DNA of 64,000 bases from Octopus bimaculoides. Taxonomy: Eukaryota. The DNA lies in assembly GCF_001194135.2 (NCBI RefSeq), contig NC_068989.1, positions 3,788,789-3,852,788 of the forward strand. The letters are read 5' to 3'. The notes under the pieces were generated by a model that ran no database searches, had not been told where the DNA came from, and saw only the letters and a program-made list of their open reading frames with translations. The translations under genes were made by a program, and so were the position numbers. How positions within the stretch are numbered: the first letter of the stretch is position 1; each line of letters begins with the position of its first letter. Shown piece after piece: positions 63,535-64,000 of this stretch.

Positions 63535-63928
63535 TTTTCTTTTTCTTTTATTTGTTTGTCATTTGACCGCGGTCATGCTGGAACATCGCCTTTAGTCTGA
63601 AAAATCGAACCCAGGACTTATCCTATTGGTCGCTTTTGCTGAACTGCTACGTTATGGGGACATAAACAGACCAACATCGATTGTCAAGCGATGGTTGGGG
63701 GACAAGCACAGACAGACAAACATATATACACACACACATGCACACACACACACACACGCATATATATATACGACGAAGTTCTTTCAGTTTCCATCTACCA
63801 AATCCACTTATAAGGCTTGGTTGGCCCGAGACTATAGAAGAAGACACTTTCCCAAGGTTCCACGCAGTGGGATTGAACCTGGAACCATGTTGTTAGTAAG
63901 CTACTTACCACAGAACCACTCCTGTGCC
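63535..63928 (-). mobile_element. SINE family B, full length
   Basis: Minus strand head CACAGGAGTGGTTCTGTGGTAAGTAGC, B-box GGTTCAATCCC, internal microsatellite, 3' end AAAGGCGATGTTCCAGCATGACCGCGGTCAAATGAC. Confidence 0.88.
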
Positions 63929-63932
63929 TACA

Positions 63933-63987
<55 letters not shown>

Positions 63988-64000
63988 ATATATATATATA

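Overview
Eukaryotic, very AT-rich, microsatellite-saturated genomic DNA from a gappy short-read assembly (about 17 N-gaps, most flanked by (TA)n or (CT)n). The repeat inventory looks like a coleoid cephalopod, most likely Octopus; this is recognition from memory, not a database result. No confident host protein-coding gene, tRNA, rRNA or CRISPR array is present, and nearly all ORFs in the supplied track are microsatellite or gap artefacts. The window is intergenic or deep intronic. It is filled with (i) at least four tRNA-headed SINE families, here called A, B, C and H as working labels; (ii) decayed LINE fragments (RTE, CR1, L1/Tx1-like, probable R4/Dong); (iii) two Penelope-like element (PLE) fragments, an ORF N-terminus and an RT core; (iv) decayed DNA transposons (mariner, Tc1/maT-like, Buster-type hAT) and two inverted-repeat MITEs. 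The best candidate for a new system is a tRNA-headed SINE at 29449-29765 (-). It carries a minimal type-I hammerhead ribozyme fold and has an inverted copy of its own 3' tail fused to its 5' end, so it looks like a SINE mobilised by Penelope-like machinery. Also notable are a three-unit SINE concatemer inside a single 14-bp target-site duplication (TSD) with a recurrent exact junction, and a 28-bp minisatellite whose units toggle between E-box, CRE and hybrid sites.
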